This document shows, piece by piece, positions 27,385-44,200 of a stretch of 64,000 nt of DNA. Below the pieces are notes generated by a model, which ran no database searches, was not told the origin of the DNA, and was given only the letters and a program-made list of their open reading frames with translations. A program made the translations under genes and the position numbers. This DNA is from the human T2T-CHM13v2.0 reference genome, Homo sapiens. The first letter of the stretch is position 1; each line of letters opens with the position of its first letter. The stretch lies in assembly GCF_009914755.1 (NCBI RefSeq), contig NC_060927.1, one strand, 5' to 3'.

Positions 27385-27849
27385 TGTTAGCATATAGCGT
27401 AGAATTCAGCTTTTCTTATTCTAGGTAGCGATGGTGCTTTTCACTGCTTTGCCCAACTTAATTGACCCAAGTAGAAAAGTCTTCAAAAAAAAAAACGCTT
27501 TAGAAAAACACTTTAGACACTTTAGATTTATGTGACTTCAAAAGTCAAAAATGGTAATAATCCTGCTTAGGCAGAAGCCTTGCCCTCAGTCCCAAAACAT
27601 GATGGACAAGCGGGTGACTTACCTGTGGCTTTTCTTGTATCTTGCAATCTGTCAGCAATCATGAAATGTAGGCCTCAGAGTGGAAGGGCCCCTAGAGACC
27701 ATCCATTGCCTCTCAGGAGCATGGTCATTCTGCAGATCAAGGTCCTGCTCTGGGAGAAATGGGTGCACACTCACTCTGCGTTCTGTCCAGCCCTTCTGCC
27801 ACCTACATTTCTATGCTTTTCTCTTACTGCTAAATAGCTTCCTAAAGGA

Positions 27850-28540
27850 AAAGTGAATGGTCTTTGTGAATTCAAACCTCATTCTGTTGCTTCCCTATTT
27901 AAAACTCTTCAATGAGTCCCTCTTCCCAATGCTCTGTCTCTAGTTGTTCTGTATATAAAAGCTAAACTTCTTCACATGTTTCTGTTTCTCTTGTTTATGC
28001 GATCGTTTGTCATTGGCCTTGTGTTGGTGATGTATGTTCTGAATGAATAGGCTCCAGCAATTAAGTGACTGAGATGAAATGCTTTTGTATCTCTCTAGCC
28101 TCATTTCTTTTTTTTTTTTACCACTGTGATGCAAACACATGGAACTACTGTTCTCCATTGCACCATGATTAGTCTATCCGTAGTCTTTTGTGTGTGATCT
28201 TTCTGTACCTAGAACACTCGTCTTGGGCTTTTGCCTGGCCAGTACATTGCCATTCTTCAGGTCTCAGCTGATTTTTCACTTCTTCCATGGAGCCCCCTCT
28301 GACTTCACAAGATTGCGTTGTCCTGCTCATATGTCCTGCTCAGAGCATGCTGCATGTCTCACTTCATAGCACCTGTTATTTTTTTAGTATGGATTTTGGT
28401 TTTGTTTGCCTGCACCCCATTCCTTGAGGACAGGGAAAGTTTCTGTCCCCCTGTTGTGTTGAGGACACTATTAAGTTCCCTGCCATTACCTGGTGCTTAA
28501 CACATAGTAGATGCTCTATTAGTGTTGGAATGGATGAGCT
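27850..28540 (+). mobile_element. L2 3' region
   Basis: CATTCTTCAGGTCTCAGCT...TCCTTGAGGACAGGGA...GTGCTTAACACATAGTAGATGCTC...GGAATGGATGA. Confidence 0.7.
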
Positions 28541-29732
28541 CTAGTGAGTAAGCGCCTAAGACAACACAGACCCTAAGGTCTTCTGAACCCAACCAAGTGC
28601 CCTGTTTTTGCTGCTATACCAGGCTGTCCTTCTTCCCACTGCCATCCTCCTGGTTCTGTTCTCTCAGCCCAAGCACCGTGTGTAGCCTAATCATGTATAT
28701 CTATTCTCAGAGTTTGTAGGACAGGATACGAGTTAACGACTTAACGCCCTTCAAGATTTTGTGTAACAGGGAAAGGAGAGAACACCTGGAATGGTTCCCG
28801 CTTGGAGAAACGTTTTTCATCCTTCTTAGTTTCAGCTCCAATCAGATGGATTCAGCCTGTGACAGTCAACATTTACAGCCCTTGGGAGCAGCTCCATACT
28901 CACCTCCTTTGCCTGCTTACCGCAAGCTCACTGCCTCCTCCTCAGATTGTGCCAGACATACCAGGTTTGCTGCCGGTGAGAAGCAACAATCCAAATCCTA
29001 CCTTTCTGTTCAGGTCCCAGTAAAATCTTCACTGGCAGCATTTTAGAATTGCCCCTTCCCTCTTCTCTCAAAGGGCTGCTGTTCAGCTGGCAGGACCAGC
29101 TTCTCTGATGCAGTGCAGTTCAGTGCAAACCAACGGAAAGCCCACAGTTTTTTTGTTTTTTTGGTTTTTTTTCTAGGTGTAAACAAACCTGGTTGATTGT
29201 GAGGCAAAGAAAAATAACAAAAACAAGTGAGAATACATTAGATTAATTTACTCTTTCTTTTTTCCCGCTCATTCATAATGTGATTGAAATCAGAAGTAAA
29301 GAAAGTAAAATCAGAGTGAGTTCCCTCTGCTCAGTCACCCACCCTGATCACAAGACTTTTGGAATACTGGGAGGCACTGCATTTAAGTAAGTATCAGCTG
29401 TATGGAGAGTATGAGGTTAAGATGATGCTGGATTTAATTTAAAGTCTCCTCACTGGTTTGCGTGAAGGAAGATTTTTATCAAGCAGAGTGAAAGAGACAG
29501 AATCTTGAAGCTTCCGCAGAGGGGAAGAAGACAGGGCCGTGCACTGCGAGTCAGTATGCCTCCAGTCCCTCTGGTGGGCACCGGTCCACATCACAGGAAG
29601 CCCAGCTGTGGTGGCTGTCAGTGTCAGAGGGGCTGGCAGACAGTAGTAGAGGCCCAGAGAAGTTACTTTGTACGTATCAGTCTAGAAGGAAGAGATTATG
29701 AAGATTAGTCAAGCCTCCCTTTCTCATTTATC

Positions 29733-30029
29733 CTTTTTTTTTTTTTTTGAGATGAAGTCTTGCTTTGTCTCCCAGCCTGGAGTGCAGTGGCACGATCTCT
29801 GTTCCCGCAACCTATGCCTCCTGAGCTCAAGCGATTCTCCTGCCTCAGCCTCATTAGTAGCTGGGATTATAAGCACCCACCACCACGCCCAGCTAATTTT
29901 TGTATTTTTAGCAGAGATGGCGTTTTGTCATATTGGAGAGACTGGTCTTGAACTCCTGACCTCAGGTGATCCTCCCACCTCAGCCTCCCAAACTGCTGGG
30001 ATTACAAACATGAGCCACCATGCCCGGCC
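29733..30029 (-). mobile_element. Alu (AluS-type, diverged)
   Basis: Dimeric Alu; flanks CTTTCTCATTTA / CTTTCTCATTA. Confidence 0.96.
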
Positions 30030-30704
30030 ACTTTCTCATTATACTGATAGCAAAATTGAGACCCACATCAGCGATCTAACCTGTCATTTCAATGATGTCC
30101 TGACATAAGAGTAAGCGGCCAGCCTGCCCTTTAAGTAAAGCCTACTCATATGGGAGTATATGTGCTTTATTAATTAGCAGAAGGGTATCCAGGCCTTCTT
30201 GGAAGCTGTCTTCTCTCTGTATGGGTAAATGGGCAACTTTTCTAGCCTTCCGTCTAATTGGGTTTAATATCAGTGAAAGAATCTTTAAGAAGGTGTGCCC
30301 TTAGGTGCTAGGGCCAGTATTGTAGGTGGCAACCAGGTACATTAGTCTCTGCCCTTGTGGAACTCATATTCCCATGTTTGTAAAGGAGTCTGGGCCTCTT
30401 ATATGTGGTAAATGAAGTGACTGTCTATGTAGTTGCCTTTGCAGGACACAAGTCCTTGCCTTAGTTTCCCTCCAGCCAGGACTGCCCCACCGAGACTATT
30501 CATAGCTCCAACTTAAGGTGCTTTAATAAAGGGCAGAAATCATGACAAGAAAGGACGCTTTTCTTCAGGCAATGAATTCAGCCTGATTTTAGAAGCTGTT
30601 TTGGAGAGGTCTCTGTAAGCATATTACATTTTATTCCCTGCAGTACAATATTTATACATGGATAATTTGTATTGACAGTTGATAGTTACATAGAGGTATA
30701 TCTC

Positions 30705-30836
30705 ACTGGTTCTCAACTCTAGCTGCATTTTAGAATCACCAGGAGAATTTTCTTTTTCGATTCTGATGCCTAAATCTCTGCCCTAGAACAATAAAATCAG
30801 AATCTCTAAAAGTGAGGCCCAGACATGGGCAGTTTT
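30705..30836. mobile_element. MER5-type fragment
   Basis: TGGTTCTCAACTCTAGCTGCATTTTAGAATCACC...AAATCAGAATCTCT. Confidence 0.7.
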
Positions 30837-31403
30837 GTTATTATTTATCATTGTTTAATAATAAATATTACGTAAAAGTCAGACTTTTAATGGCTCATTT
30901 GTAGGGAGGAGAACTTGCCATTTCCCAAAGTATCACCAGCATAAAAGGTGAATTTGTATTTTGTTCTCTAAGTTTCTGGCATATTCTGAAACTGCAATTT
31001 AAGTGACTCTCCTACCTCTGTCTTACTCCCAATTTATATTTAGCTGGATTCATATTAGAGGGCAAGAAGGGGCAAATAGAAAAAAAGTGATCTTTATCAA
31101 ACCCATTTCCTTGTGTTAGAAAAACGATTTGTTGGAAAAAGCCATCGAGGAGATTTGAGATTCAGCACAAAAAAGAATTCGATATCACCTAATACAAGCT
31201 GAGAAGGGCTACCTCAGGGGGTCCTTGTGCACCGCACTAAGGAAGGTCTTTGGCAGAGGCAGAGACCATGACAAAGGTTTTTTTTTTCTTTATTGGACAA
31301 GAGCCAGAAAAAAATGGCCCCAAGATTATGCTCAGCCCCGGGAACCTACAGAAACCATGGAGCAGTAGGAATGGGTAGCTAGCCGTGTTAGAAGTAAATT
31401 TGA

Positions 31404-32232
<829 letters not shown>

Positions 32233-32237
32233 TGCTT

Positions 32238-32275
32238 TCATCATCGTCATCATCATCGTCATCATCATCGTCATC
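32238..32275. repeat. (TCA/TCG)n trinucleotide repeat
   Basis: TCATCATCGTCATCATCATCGTCATCATCATCGTCATCA. Confidence 0.95.
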
Positions 32276-32534
32276 AGCTACTGTGGATCAGCATACTTTC
32301 CTGCAATTTTCCAAATCGAATTTTGTGGTTATATATTAACAGAGTATATAAAATTCATTTTCCCTACATAATATGTATTTTATTCCTATATGTGTTTTCT
32401 GCAGTGGTCTGATTTATATCAATGACTAACATATAGATTCGATTTGCACCAACTAGATAATTTAATCTCTTACTCCTCCTTGTTGACAGTTGGTGGGGTG
32501 CGCCTTATTTTTGAAGAAGAAAATGCTTATCCAG

Positions 32535-32960
32535 TTATTCAGCCAATCTCAGTTGACAGCCTATCACATGTCAGGCACTGGAAATTCCGTGGTGAGCAAA
32601 AACAGACAAGTGGCCTGCTTTCAGGAAGTTTCTATTCTGTTAAGGGAGATGGACAGAGTGTTTTAAAAGAAAGGAGTATTGTCCTAAGATAATTAAAACA
32701 CAGGAACCTGACTTAGACAGAGATTAAGACAGGCATTCCTAAGGAAGTGATACTTCACTGAGTTATGAGGAGTGAGTAGGAGTTTAGACATCTCCAGACA
32801 GTGCAGCACGCTGATTTGAGGAACTGAAAGAAGGCCAGTGTGGTCAGAGCTCAGAGACTGAGGGAGAAGCATGATGCAGGATGAGTTTTGAGAGATAAAC
32901 CATGAAGGACTTAGGCCTTGCTAAGCATTTTGGCCTTTTTCCCAAAAGTACAGGAAAGCC
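32535..32960 (-). mobile_element. L2 fragment
   Basis: ATGTCAGGCACTGG...TTTGAGGAACTGAAAGAAGGCCAGTGTGG. Confidence 0.7.
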
Positions 32961-33663
32961 TAGCCATTTTATTATTTTATACCACCCATCCATTACAGGC
33001 TTTTCCTGAAAGGTCTTTGGCAATAGGGGAGCTATGGAAGCAACATCATGAGTAAGTGACTGGGGGAACCTTTTCCCTAAGTGTTGTGGTTGCTAGCCAC
33101 ACACCATGTATTCAACATCTCTCCAACTCTCCTCATCGTTTCCCAGAGCTGAAAGTAAGATGAGCACGAAGAAACCATGTTTAGTTAAGAACATGACCCG
33201 AAGAGTGAAAGGTATTTCCTGTTCCAAATAGGAGCCCAGTCTGCATTTTCTACTACATGATTTAGTAGAAAGACACATTGCATTTGAACCATATTTCTTC
33301 TGCTAGCCAATTCCATCTTATCTACAACTTTTTGATAATTATTTTGAGAAATAGATCTAGATCACAGCCTTCCAATTCCTAGGCCAGGATACTTTCCATT
33401 TTTCTACACAGACCCCATTGCAGTCCTCCCTTCTTCACAATCTTCAAAATATCCTTCTGATTGAACCAGATATCTTATTCTTCATCCCGTTTCCTGCCCC
33501 CTAAAATGACCTATCTTTCCCTTCTAAAACTTCCACTAACTTTAAAATTGGAGCTCAAGGCTTCCATCTCCACAGACTCTGCCCTGACAACAAATTGGTT
33601 GGTTTTATTTTCTTCCCAATGAATAGAATAGCCGTTAGAGGGAATTGTCTTCAGCTCTTTTCC

Positions 33664-33708
33664 CCTCCTCCTCCTCCTCCTCCTCCTCCTCCTCTTCCTC
33701 TTCCTCCT
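33664..33708. repeat. (CCT)n repeat
   Basis: About 10 CCT units followed by CTT/CCT variants. Confidence 0.95.
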
Positions 33709-34059
33709 TCTTGCAAATACAAACACAGCAGGGCTCTATGCAGCTGGTTACTCTAGGCTCTGGTAACCTAACATAGCAGGGGAGGACAGAAGTCAATAGG
33801 GTGAGAAGTCTGTTTTTGTCACGGATTTGCTAGAAGCTATTAAAGTGTTCTTCCTAAGTCTGTTACTTCATAGGTTGAGGGAAGTAATGCATCCCACACA
33901 AGAGGACTGGGATATGTTTAAAGTAGTAGGAAGGCATTTGCCACTATTCTAGTCCATCCTGCCCATGCTGCCTAATGTTTGTTCCTACAGATCAAAATCT
34001 CATAATCTTCTAGACTTCTAGATACAGAAGAGTTGGAGAGATCAAAGCCTTGCCTCTGA

Positions 34060-34450
34060 CCCAGATTATTCGATCTCATCTGGCATATCCTACACTCTAG
34101 CCATCCTGACCTGCCGTGTGTTCCCCTAAAGCTCCCATCCTTTTCTGACTTTGCTTTTCCTCATTCTGTCCCCTGCATTGAAATGCCTTTCCCACATCTC
34201 TATGTCTAAATCTTACATGGCCAATTCCAACGTAATCTAATCTCTGAAGATTCCCTTTGCTCCCCAGTTAGAAGTAGTCACTCCCTGCTCTGCTCACTTT
34301 TTGACATATATTAATTTATATAGCTATGCATTTATATGTGTATGTATTATATTCCTTACAAGAGAAGCTTTTGAGAGAAGGGCCTATAACTTTTCTTTCT
34401 ATTTGTGTTTCCCAAAGCTCCTTCTGGTGGGAAAAATGCTTTGAGGTTGA
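34060..34450 (+). mobile_element. L2 3' fragment
   Basis: ACACTCTAGCCATCCTGAC...GAAATGCCTTTCCC...AAGCTTTTGAGAGAAGGG. Confidence 0.6.
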
Positions 34451-36329
34451 ATTAAGCTCACATTGAACTCTATGATGAAACCATTTGCTTATGAACTTGG
34501 ACAAGTTTCTTTACAACTCTGAACCTTCTGAATTTTCCACCAGGAGAATGGGAATGAATAAGTAAGAAAACTTATAAGACAGCTCCTGGTGTAGGGCCTG
34601 ACTCATGTCAGGTTCCCAGGAAGGCCACTTTATATCCTTCATACATTTGTATGTCTGTGGTTGACATTGAATGTTTGCATGACATATAAAATATAAGTAG
34701 TAATGACAAATTTAATAGTGAATACTTACAGTAGTGCATTTCATCCTATGAAACGGGCAATCTGGCCCATTCTATATAATAGGGGAGAAAATAGAAACTT
34801 AGATTTACTAATTAGTTCAAGTTGGCACAGATATAAGGGGATCTCAGACTTCAACTCAGGCAGTCAGGCAGGGCCTATACTCTTGATATTCCTTTCTTGA
34901 TACTTTCTCAGTATCAAATTACCACGTAATAGACAATGCCACTCATAAATCTAGCCCACTCTAGGAACATAATAAGGCCTGTTGAGACATTCAGAGATGT
35001 CTCCCTGATCTTCAAAGATAAATTTTTATTCTTCCCTAAGCTGCTGTCTCTTCAGTCTCAACATCCTAAGTTCATTTTATCTTTCCTCACAGGTCAGGTT
35101 TTCAGCTCTAACTGTGTTCATCCTGGTGGCTCTGCCCTGGACATACTGCAGTTCTTTTATATACCTCTTATCGTATGGGGTACAATGGCTTTCGGTACTG
35201 CTCAGTGAGGGGAGAGAAATAGATAGTGTAGTTTCTGATGTCAAGGAACACTTTAGAGAGACCTTAATTAATGTAGCCATATGTTGACTTCCTGGAGCAC
35301 TCATAACAACGTGGGAAGCCCACGCTGGGAAGATGCTGAGTAGTAGGAATAAGAGAACAATGCTAAGAGAAGGGAAATTTCACCGTCTATGAAGCGTCTG
35401 TTTAGATTTTATGTTTAAACTTTATGAACTCTGTCACTTGCTGGTGAATTTTCTTGCTCAGTATCTTAAAATACAGCTGCAGTGTGGGTTCCACCCTCTT
35501 CACTTAAAAGGGTGATTAACTGTTTGTGATGAATAATTATTTAATTGCCAGTTCAGCTACATGTGTGTAGTTGTTTTGCTTCTTTCCTCTTCAGTGTGAG
35601 CCAAATCTTCTCAATAATAAAAATAATCCAGAATTAGTCAACTGCCTTTTATCATGTTCTCATTCAGCCTGCTGGAGCAAGAACATTCCAATTCTACATC
35701 ACCTTTAGCTTAAAAAGTAAATAAATAGAAGCTCTCACTCAGCCAGTTGATAGTTTTACTCTCACAGCCTCTCCTGTAACTAATAAAGTCTTGACTTCAT
35801 CTTGAACCTTTTACTCTATCTTTGGATAAAAATTTAATCAGAAAGAATTATTGCTCTTTTAATACCTGTTTAACCTTTACATTCGCCATGGGTACAAAAC
35901 CACTTAAGATTTAAAGCTCTCTTGTTATGGACTTGTATGCTGACCTACTTTTCCTCAGAGATATTTTTTGCAAGAATTGTTGAAGCTTGACATGGGGATC
36001 ACTGCAAATGTCTCAGCTTTGCCATTCACTGCTTTCCATTCCTATGTCCTCCTTGCCCTGTTAATTATTTTAACAGAGACTTGCTATTTTAAGGAAGCTC
36101 TTTATCGTTACTAAATCTTTTTTTATTGTTAAACTCCTTTTTCTTTCCAGCATAGAAGTATGTCATGTTTTCTGTCTTCAGAATGTGCAAGTGCTTACCT
36201 TCTCATAAAGTGTGCCTGTTACCTTAATTTTATAGTCTTTATCACAAAAAGGTACGTAAGTGGGGTTCAGAATAGTGTCTTGCACTTAAGGTTTAACTTA
36301 GGTTTTAGTTTCTTCATGCAAGCAACTTG

Positions 36330-37505
<1,176 letters not shown>

Positions 37506-39059
37506 CAGTGGCTAATTTGGAACTCCTCCACAGATCCCTGGGGGTTTCTTAGAGCAGCTGACTGGCTGGCAGAGCTCTCCATGGCCTTACCTCCCCTTCC
37601 TCTTCTCCGAACTCACACACACACTGATCGAACAGAATAGACCAATTATTACCTGCATTTCATGTTGGGCTTTGTGCTTGAGATTAAACAAAGGTTCCCG
37701 GGGCTAAACGTCTAAAAAACATTGCCATGGAATGAAGAGCCCTAGATTTTGTCATAAAGTCATCTGTCCTAGGCTCTACAATGTAGCATTTTCAAATTGG
37801 AAGAGCCTTCAGAGATTATTTTATTACCAACACCCATGTAATATAAATTATACAGTTAATATATGTTGATATACATGCAATACTGAAGAAATCTCTAATG
37901 CATTCTATATTCTGTAACAGTAATATGTATTTTATTATTTATAATAGCTTCAACATATATTGAAAACTAGAGGCACATACGTCTATAAACAGTGCTCAGG
38001 GCGTATTATTTTGGTGTTTATTTATTTATTAGGTATTTATTATTTTATTTAGTCCATAGATGATGCATTTATCTGAGAACTCCTCTGACTCAAGGCCCAG
38101 CAAGAATCTGCTGCCCACAGTTATGAGTAGCTGAACTGGGCCAAGCTTTTAATTCTATAAATAGCGAATCTATGTAGACACTCAGCTAGTTAGTACCAGA
38201 GTGGTACCCAGATCCGTGATGTCTTGACTCTTAGTACAGTGCACTTTTCCCCACTTTGCCATTCTTTGCTGGTGACCTTGGGTAGATCTTCTTAACTGCT
38301 CAGAGCTTCAGTTCTTCTCTCTTTTAATGAGAGTAATAATGCATGCATTGATATCCTGACTAGGGTGGAGTTGGATAAAGACTGTTCTTACCTTTTGTGA
38401 ATAGCATAGTATCTTACAGAATTGTGAGGAATTATCCAAGTAGCTATTGCCCCTCATCATGGTGTTAAAAGTAGGATTGCTAGTTTGAACGGTAACTGCA
38501 GGAATTCAATGTGTTTTGATTTTAGCATATTCCCGTATCATGTAGACCAGTGTTAATATTTTTAGTATTTTATCTTAGTTCTTTTTTTTCTGAAAGTCTT
38601 GATTTTTCCCAGTTTTATTTTTTAGATTTGAAAGAAAAAGAAAAAGGATGTAACTATGACTCTTATGTTTTCAATCTCTCTGAAATATAACAAAGTAATA
38701 ACTCTAAATGGTCAACGTAGTAGTCTGAGGGCATTCTCTTGAATGCTTAGTTCTGTGTTACTTAGGATCCATTCATAGAGCATATTATTTATATTATGTG
38801 AGGTTTAACTCTTCATTATAACTCATGGAATCAATGATAGAAATGCAGGTTATTTATACTGTCAGTCCCAAGTATGTAATATTAAACCACCAAAATTCAG
38901 TTTAAGAAACTTGCAATAAGCTACCACTTGGCTCAAAGCAAGGAATTAGGATGGTCAGGTTGAACTTTCTTTATATATAAAGAACTGAGTCTCTGAAAAA
39001 GGAAAAAGACTTTTAAATGACACCCAATGAATGTCTTTTTAAAAAATAATAGCTTTAAT

Positions 39060-39358
<299 letters not shown>

Positions 39359-39604
39359 GCTTTAAAATATATATTGCATATGGATAAATTTACATATCAT
39401 AAAAGTATACTTGGCTAAGTTCTCAAAAGTAAACACACTTTTATAATCCCCACCCTAAAAAAGAAGGAACATTAGCAGTTAATTACTTCAGAAGTTTTCT
39501 TCATGACAACCTGGTTGTATGCCTTTCTTTTTTCCTAAAAGTGATCACTATCCTGACTTATAATAATACTATATATTAGATTAAAATACTTTTGTTGTAT
39601 ATGC

Positions 39605-39890
39605 TTTTTTTTTTTTTTTTTGAGACAGGGTCTCACTCTATTATTCAGGCTAGAGTGTAGTGGCACAATCTCAGCTCATTCCAACCTCCGCCTCCAGGGT
39701 TCAAGCAAATCTTGTGCCTCAACCACACAAGTAGCTGGGATTACAGGCTTGCACCACCACAGAGAGCAATTTTTAAAATTTTGACTAGAGATGGAGTTTT
39801 GCCCTGTTGGCCAGGCTGGTCTTGAACTCCTGGCCTCATGTGATCCACCTGCCTTGGCTAGGATTACAGGCATTAGCCACTATGCTCAAC
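39605..39890 (-). mobile_element. Older Alu (AluJ/Sz-type) with small deletions, inserted in an L1ME 3' end
   Basis: TSD TTGTTGTATATGCTTTT at 39592-39608 and 39891-39907. Confidence 0.95.
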
Positions 39891-40787
39891 TTGTTGTATA
39901 TGCTTTTATGCAGTTTTCTTTTGTTCTGTTATGTTCATGAGGTTCTTCTAACATTTTAAATATGGCCATAGTTTATCTTCTTCTAGAAGCTTTAATAATT
40001 TTAGGTGTTACTTTTAGGTGTTTTATTGTTTTGAGTTAATTTTTATATAAGGTGATCAAATTTTGAGTAAAGGTATTTTTCCCCCCATAGGGATGTCCAA
40101 TTGTTCCAGCACCATTTGTTGTAATTTAATTAATCTTATGCAGATTGTAAATCAGATGCATGTTACAGACCATATAAACCATAGATGGGTCTATTTCTGG
40201 ATTCTCTATTCTGTTCCATCAGTCTGTTAATATATGTCTGTCCATTCTCCAGTTCACACACTGTGTGGGCAATTATCATTTTGCAGCAAATCTAGAAATC
40301 AGGTAGTACGGTTTGTTCTGCTCTTTCAAAATTGTTTGGCTGTTCTAGTTAGTTCACCTTTGCATATAAATTTTAAAATTCGTTTGTCAGTTTTTACAAA
40401 AATCCTTCTGGGGTTTTGATTAGAATTGTTGAATGTAGGTGTAAATCTAGGGAGAAATTACATCTTAACAATAATTATGTCTTCCAGTTCATGAATATAC
40501 ATGTCTGTATTTATTTAGATTGTTAATTTCTTTAATTATTGTTTTATATTTTTCAGCGTAGGAATATTGTACATATTTCCTAAGGTTTATAATGAAGTAT
40601 TCCATGTTTTGGGGTGCTTTTACAAATGGTGATTTAAAAATATGCAATTTCAAGTATTCATTGCTACTGTATAGATAAGATTGATCTTTGTATATTGCCT
40701 ATGTGTGCTGTAACTTTGCTAAAATTATTCATTCTAGTAGCTTTTTTTTTATTCGGGGGGAGGTTTAATGAAAAAAATTATGTTTTC

Positions 40788-40799
40788 AATGTAGTGCAT

Positions 40800-40863
<64 letters not shown>

Positions 40864-41204
40864 GAATACAATTCAGCCATAAAAAAGAATGGAATCATGT
40901 CTTTTGCAGCAACATGGATAGAACTAGGGGTCGTTATCCTAAATGAAATAAATTAGAAATAGAAAGCCAAATACTGCATGTGGTCACTTATAAATTGGAG
41001 CTAAACAATGGAAACATATGGACATACAGAATGAAATAAAGGTGGGAGGATGATGAGGGTTGAAAAAATACCTATTGGATACAGTCCAGTACTCACTCTT
41101 CGGTTTATGGGTGCACTAAAAGCCCAAATTTCACCACTACACAATATATGCATGTGAGAAATCTGCACTTGTACCCCCAAATATATAAACATTTTAAAAG
41201 ATTT
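40788..41204 (+). mobile_element. L1MA/L1PB-type 3' end nested in the L1M
   Basis: ATGGAATACAATTCAGCCATAAAAAAGAAT...GGGTGCACTAAAAGCCCAAATTTCACCACTA...CTGCACTTGTACCCC; TSD AAATTATGTTTTC / AAATTACATTTTC. Confidence 0.9.
40803..40858. repeat. (TA)28 microsatellite
   Basis: Uninterrupted TA run. Confidence 0.97.
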
Positions 41205-44200
41205 AAATTACATTTTCTGTGAGTAGAAACAGTTTCATTTCATTATTTGAAGTCATGCCTTTTCTGTTTCTTGCCCAATTGCCCTGGCTAGGGACTTTCA
41301 GTTAGTTGTTGAATGGAAGTGGTGAACATGAACATTTTTGCGCTGTTCCCAATATTAAGAGAAAACATTAAATCTTTTGCCATTAAGTGTAATGTTAGAA
41401 GTAAGGTTATTGAACATGCTCTTTATTAAGCTGAGCAAGTTTCCTTCTTTTCATTAGTTTTCTGGGAGGTTTAATCATGAAAGTGTGTTGAATTTTGTCA
41501 ATTGCCTTTAGACATAAGTTGGTATGATAATAAGACTTTTGTTCTACAGCTGGTTCATATGGTAGGTAACACTGGTTAATTTTTAAATGTTGTATCAGCC
41601 TTGCATTCCCAAGATAAACCCCACTTGGTTGTGTTGTACTACTCCTTTTGTGTGTTATTGGATTTAATTTGCCAGTAGTTTGTTGAGGATTTTTGCATTT
41701 GTGTCATGAGGTATACTAAACTGTGGTTTTCTTTTTTGGTAATATATTTGACTAGATTTGTTATCAGTGCAGTGCTGGCCTCATAAAAGGAATTGATGAG
41801 TTCCTTCCTCTCTTATATTCTGGAAGAATTTGTATGGAATTGGTATTATTATTTAAATGTTTGGTACAGTTTGCCAGTGAAGCCATCTGGACCTGGAATT
41901 TTCTTTGTTAGAAGGCTTTAATCTACAAATTTTATTCTTGTTAATTGACAGTTTGCATCTCTTAGAAAATTGGTCCATTTAATCTCATTTTAATGTCTGT
42001 AAGTACTGTGGTATTGTTTCCCTCTCTCATTCATGATATTTATAATTAATGTCTTATTTCTTTTTTTTCTTCTTGGTAAGTCTGAATAGAGTTTGTTGTG
42101 ATTTTTTTTCACAAAAGAATTAGCTTTTGGTTTCACTGAGATTTTCTCTATTGGTTTTCTGCTCTCAATTATATTGACTTCTGCTCTTTATTATTTTACT
42201 ACTTTTGCTTGGCTTGGGTTAAGTTTGCTCTTCTCTTTCTATTTCCCTAAAGTTAAAGATTCAGTTGTTGAGTTGAGATCTTTTGTTTTTTTCTAATATG
42301 AACATCCAATTTCAAAGTACTGCTTAAGTTGCATTCTACAAATTTTGATATATTGTGTTTTCATTTTCGTTCAAGATATTTTCTAATGTATCTAGTAATT
42401 TTTTTGACGCATGGTTTATTTAGAAATGTGTTATTTAATTTTTAAATATTTGGATATTTTTTCTAGGCCTTTCTGTTATTGTCTTTTAGTTTATTTCCTT
42501 GTGATCTGTGAACATGTTTTGTGTAACTTAAATTCATCTAAATTTGTTGAGGTTTGTTTTATGTGCTAGAAATATGGTATATCTTGGTTAATGCTCTGCA
42601 CATTTCAAAAATATGTGTATTCTGCTATTATTAGGTGAAGTGTTCTATAGTTGTCAATTAGGTTAATTTGGCTAACAGTATTGTACAAGTTCTCTCTATT
42701 CTTACTGATTTTCTGTCTTCTTTTTCAGTAAATTATTAGAGGGATACTGAAACTTTGAGCATAATTGTAGGTTTGTCTATTTCTCCTTTCACTTGTATGG
42801 TTTTTGTTTTAATGTATTTTGAAGCCATACTGTTAAGTGCACATACATTAGGATTGTTATATCATCTTAACCCCATATTCAATTCCTTCCTTATTACATA
42901 ATATGATTCTTTAACTCTGAAAATATTCTTGTTCTGAATTTTAGATAATATTAATTTAACTTTCTTTTATTAGTTTACAAAGTATTTTTCCAGCCTTTTG
43001 TTTTTAGTCTATCAATGTCTATATAATTGAAGTAGCTTGCTTTTAGACAGATACGTCTTTCATTTTATCCAATTTGACCATCTGTATTTTAATTTGTGTG
43101 TTTACACTATTTACATTTGATGTGATTATTGATATAGTTGGATTGAAATTCACAATCAGCTTTTGTTACTTTTCCATCTGCTATATTTTTCTCTTCCTGC
43201 CTTTCTTTGAATTAAATGTTTTTCACAATTCCATCTCATTTACACTATTTGTTTATTATTTATACTCTTGATTTTAATGTTAGTATTACCCTTTGATTTG
43301 CAATATACACCTTTAATTAACTAGAGTTTACCTTCAAATACTATTATATCACTGTCTGAGTAGTTTCAGGACCTTACAATTGTTACTCTCAATTTACTTA
43401 CCATCTTTTCATGTTCTTGTTGTCATTCATTTTACTTATATATATTCTATAAATACACAGCACATTGATACTAATTTTGCTTTAGAATGTTATCTTTTAG
43501 AGCAATTAAAAATAATGAGAAAGCTAATTCATTTCTGCTTTTTCAGCACTTTATTTTTTTGTATAAATCCACCTTTGTGTCTGATACCGTATTCCTTCTG
43601 CTTGAAGAGCTCCCTTCAATATTTCTTCAATTCTGTCCTGAAACAGTTTTTAATTCTCCTTCATTTGAAAACTATTTTTACCAAGTAGAGAATTGTGTTG
43701 GCCTTTTTCCTTTTATCACTTTTAAGATGTCACTTCATTGTTTTCTCACTTGCATAGTTTCTGACAAGAAGTCTGCTGTCAATGTCTTTCTTGCTTTCAA
43801 TGCAGTATGAATTTTTGTTTTCTGACTGATCTCAAACTTTTATCCTTTGTCTCTTTTCTAACAGCTTGAAGCTATGTTTATTAGGGTTTTTAGTTTTAGT
43901 TTTCTGGTTTTAGTTTTAGTGTTTGTATATATCCTGTTTGTCAGTCCCTTAATTTCTTGGCTCTTCTATCTTCAGTTGGTTGTTTATTCTTTAGAAGATA
44001 GCCAATATCTCTTCAATTTTTATTTTGTTTTGGTGGTTTGTTGCCTTCATTCTTTTATATTTTCTCTTTGGAGTTCTAACTACATACAGGCTTAATATTT
44101 TTCTATAATTCTTTGATGCTCTGTTCTCTTACTTTTCACTCTTTCTATAAATTTCTATTGACCTATCTTTAAGTTTACTAATTCTTTCCCCAGTTGAGTC

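Noticed and set aside
30255-30285. GTTTAATATC match to U2 snRNA
   Set aside because: Only about 10 nt of similarity; flanks do not match U2
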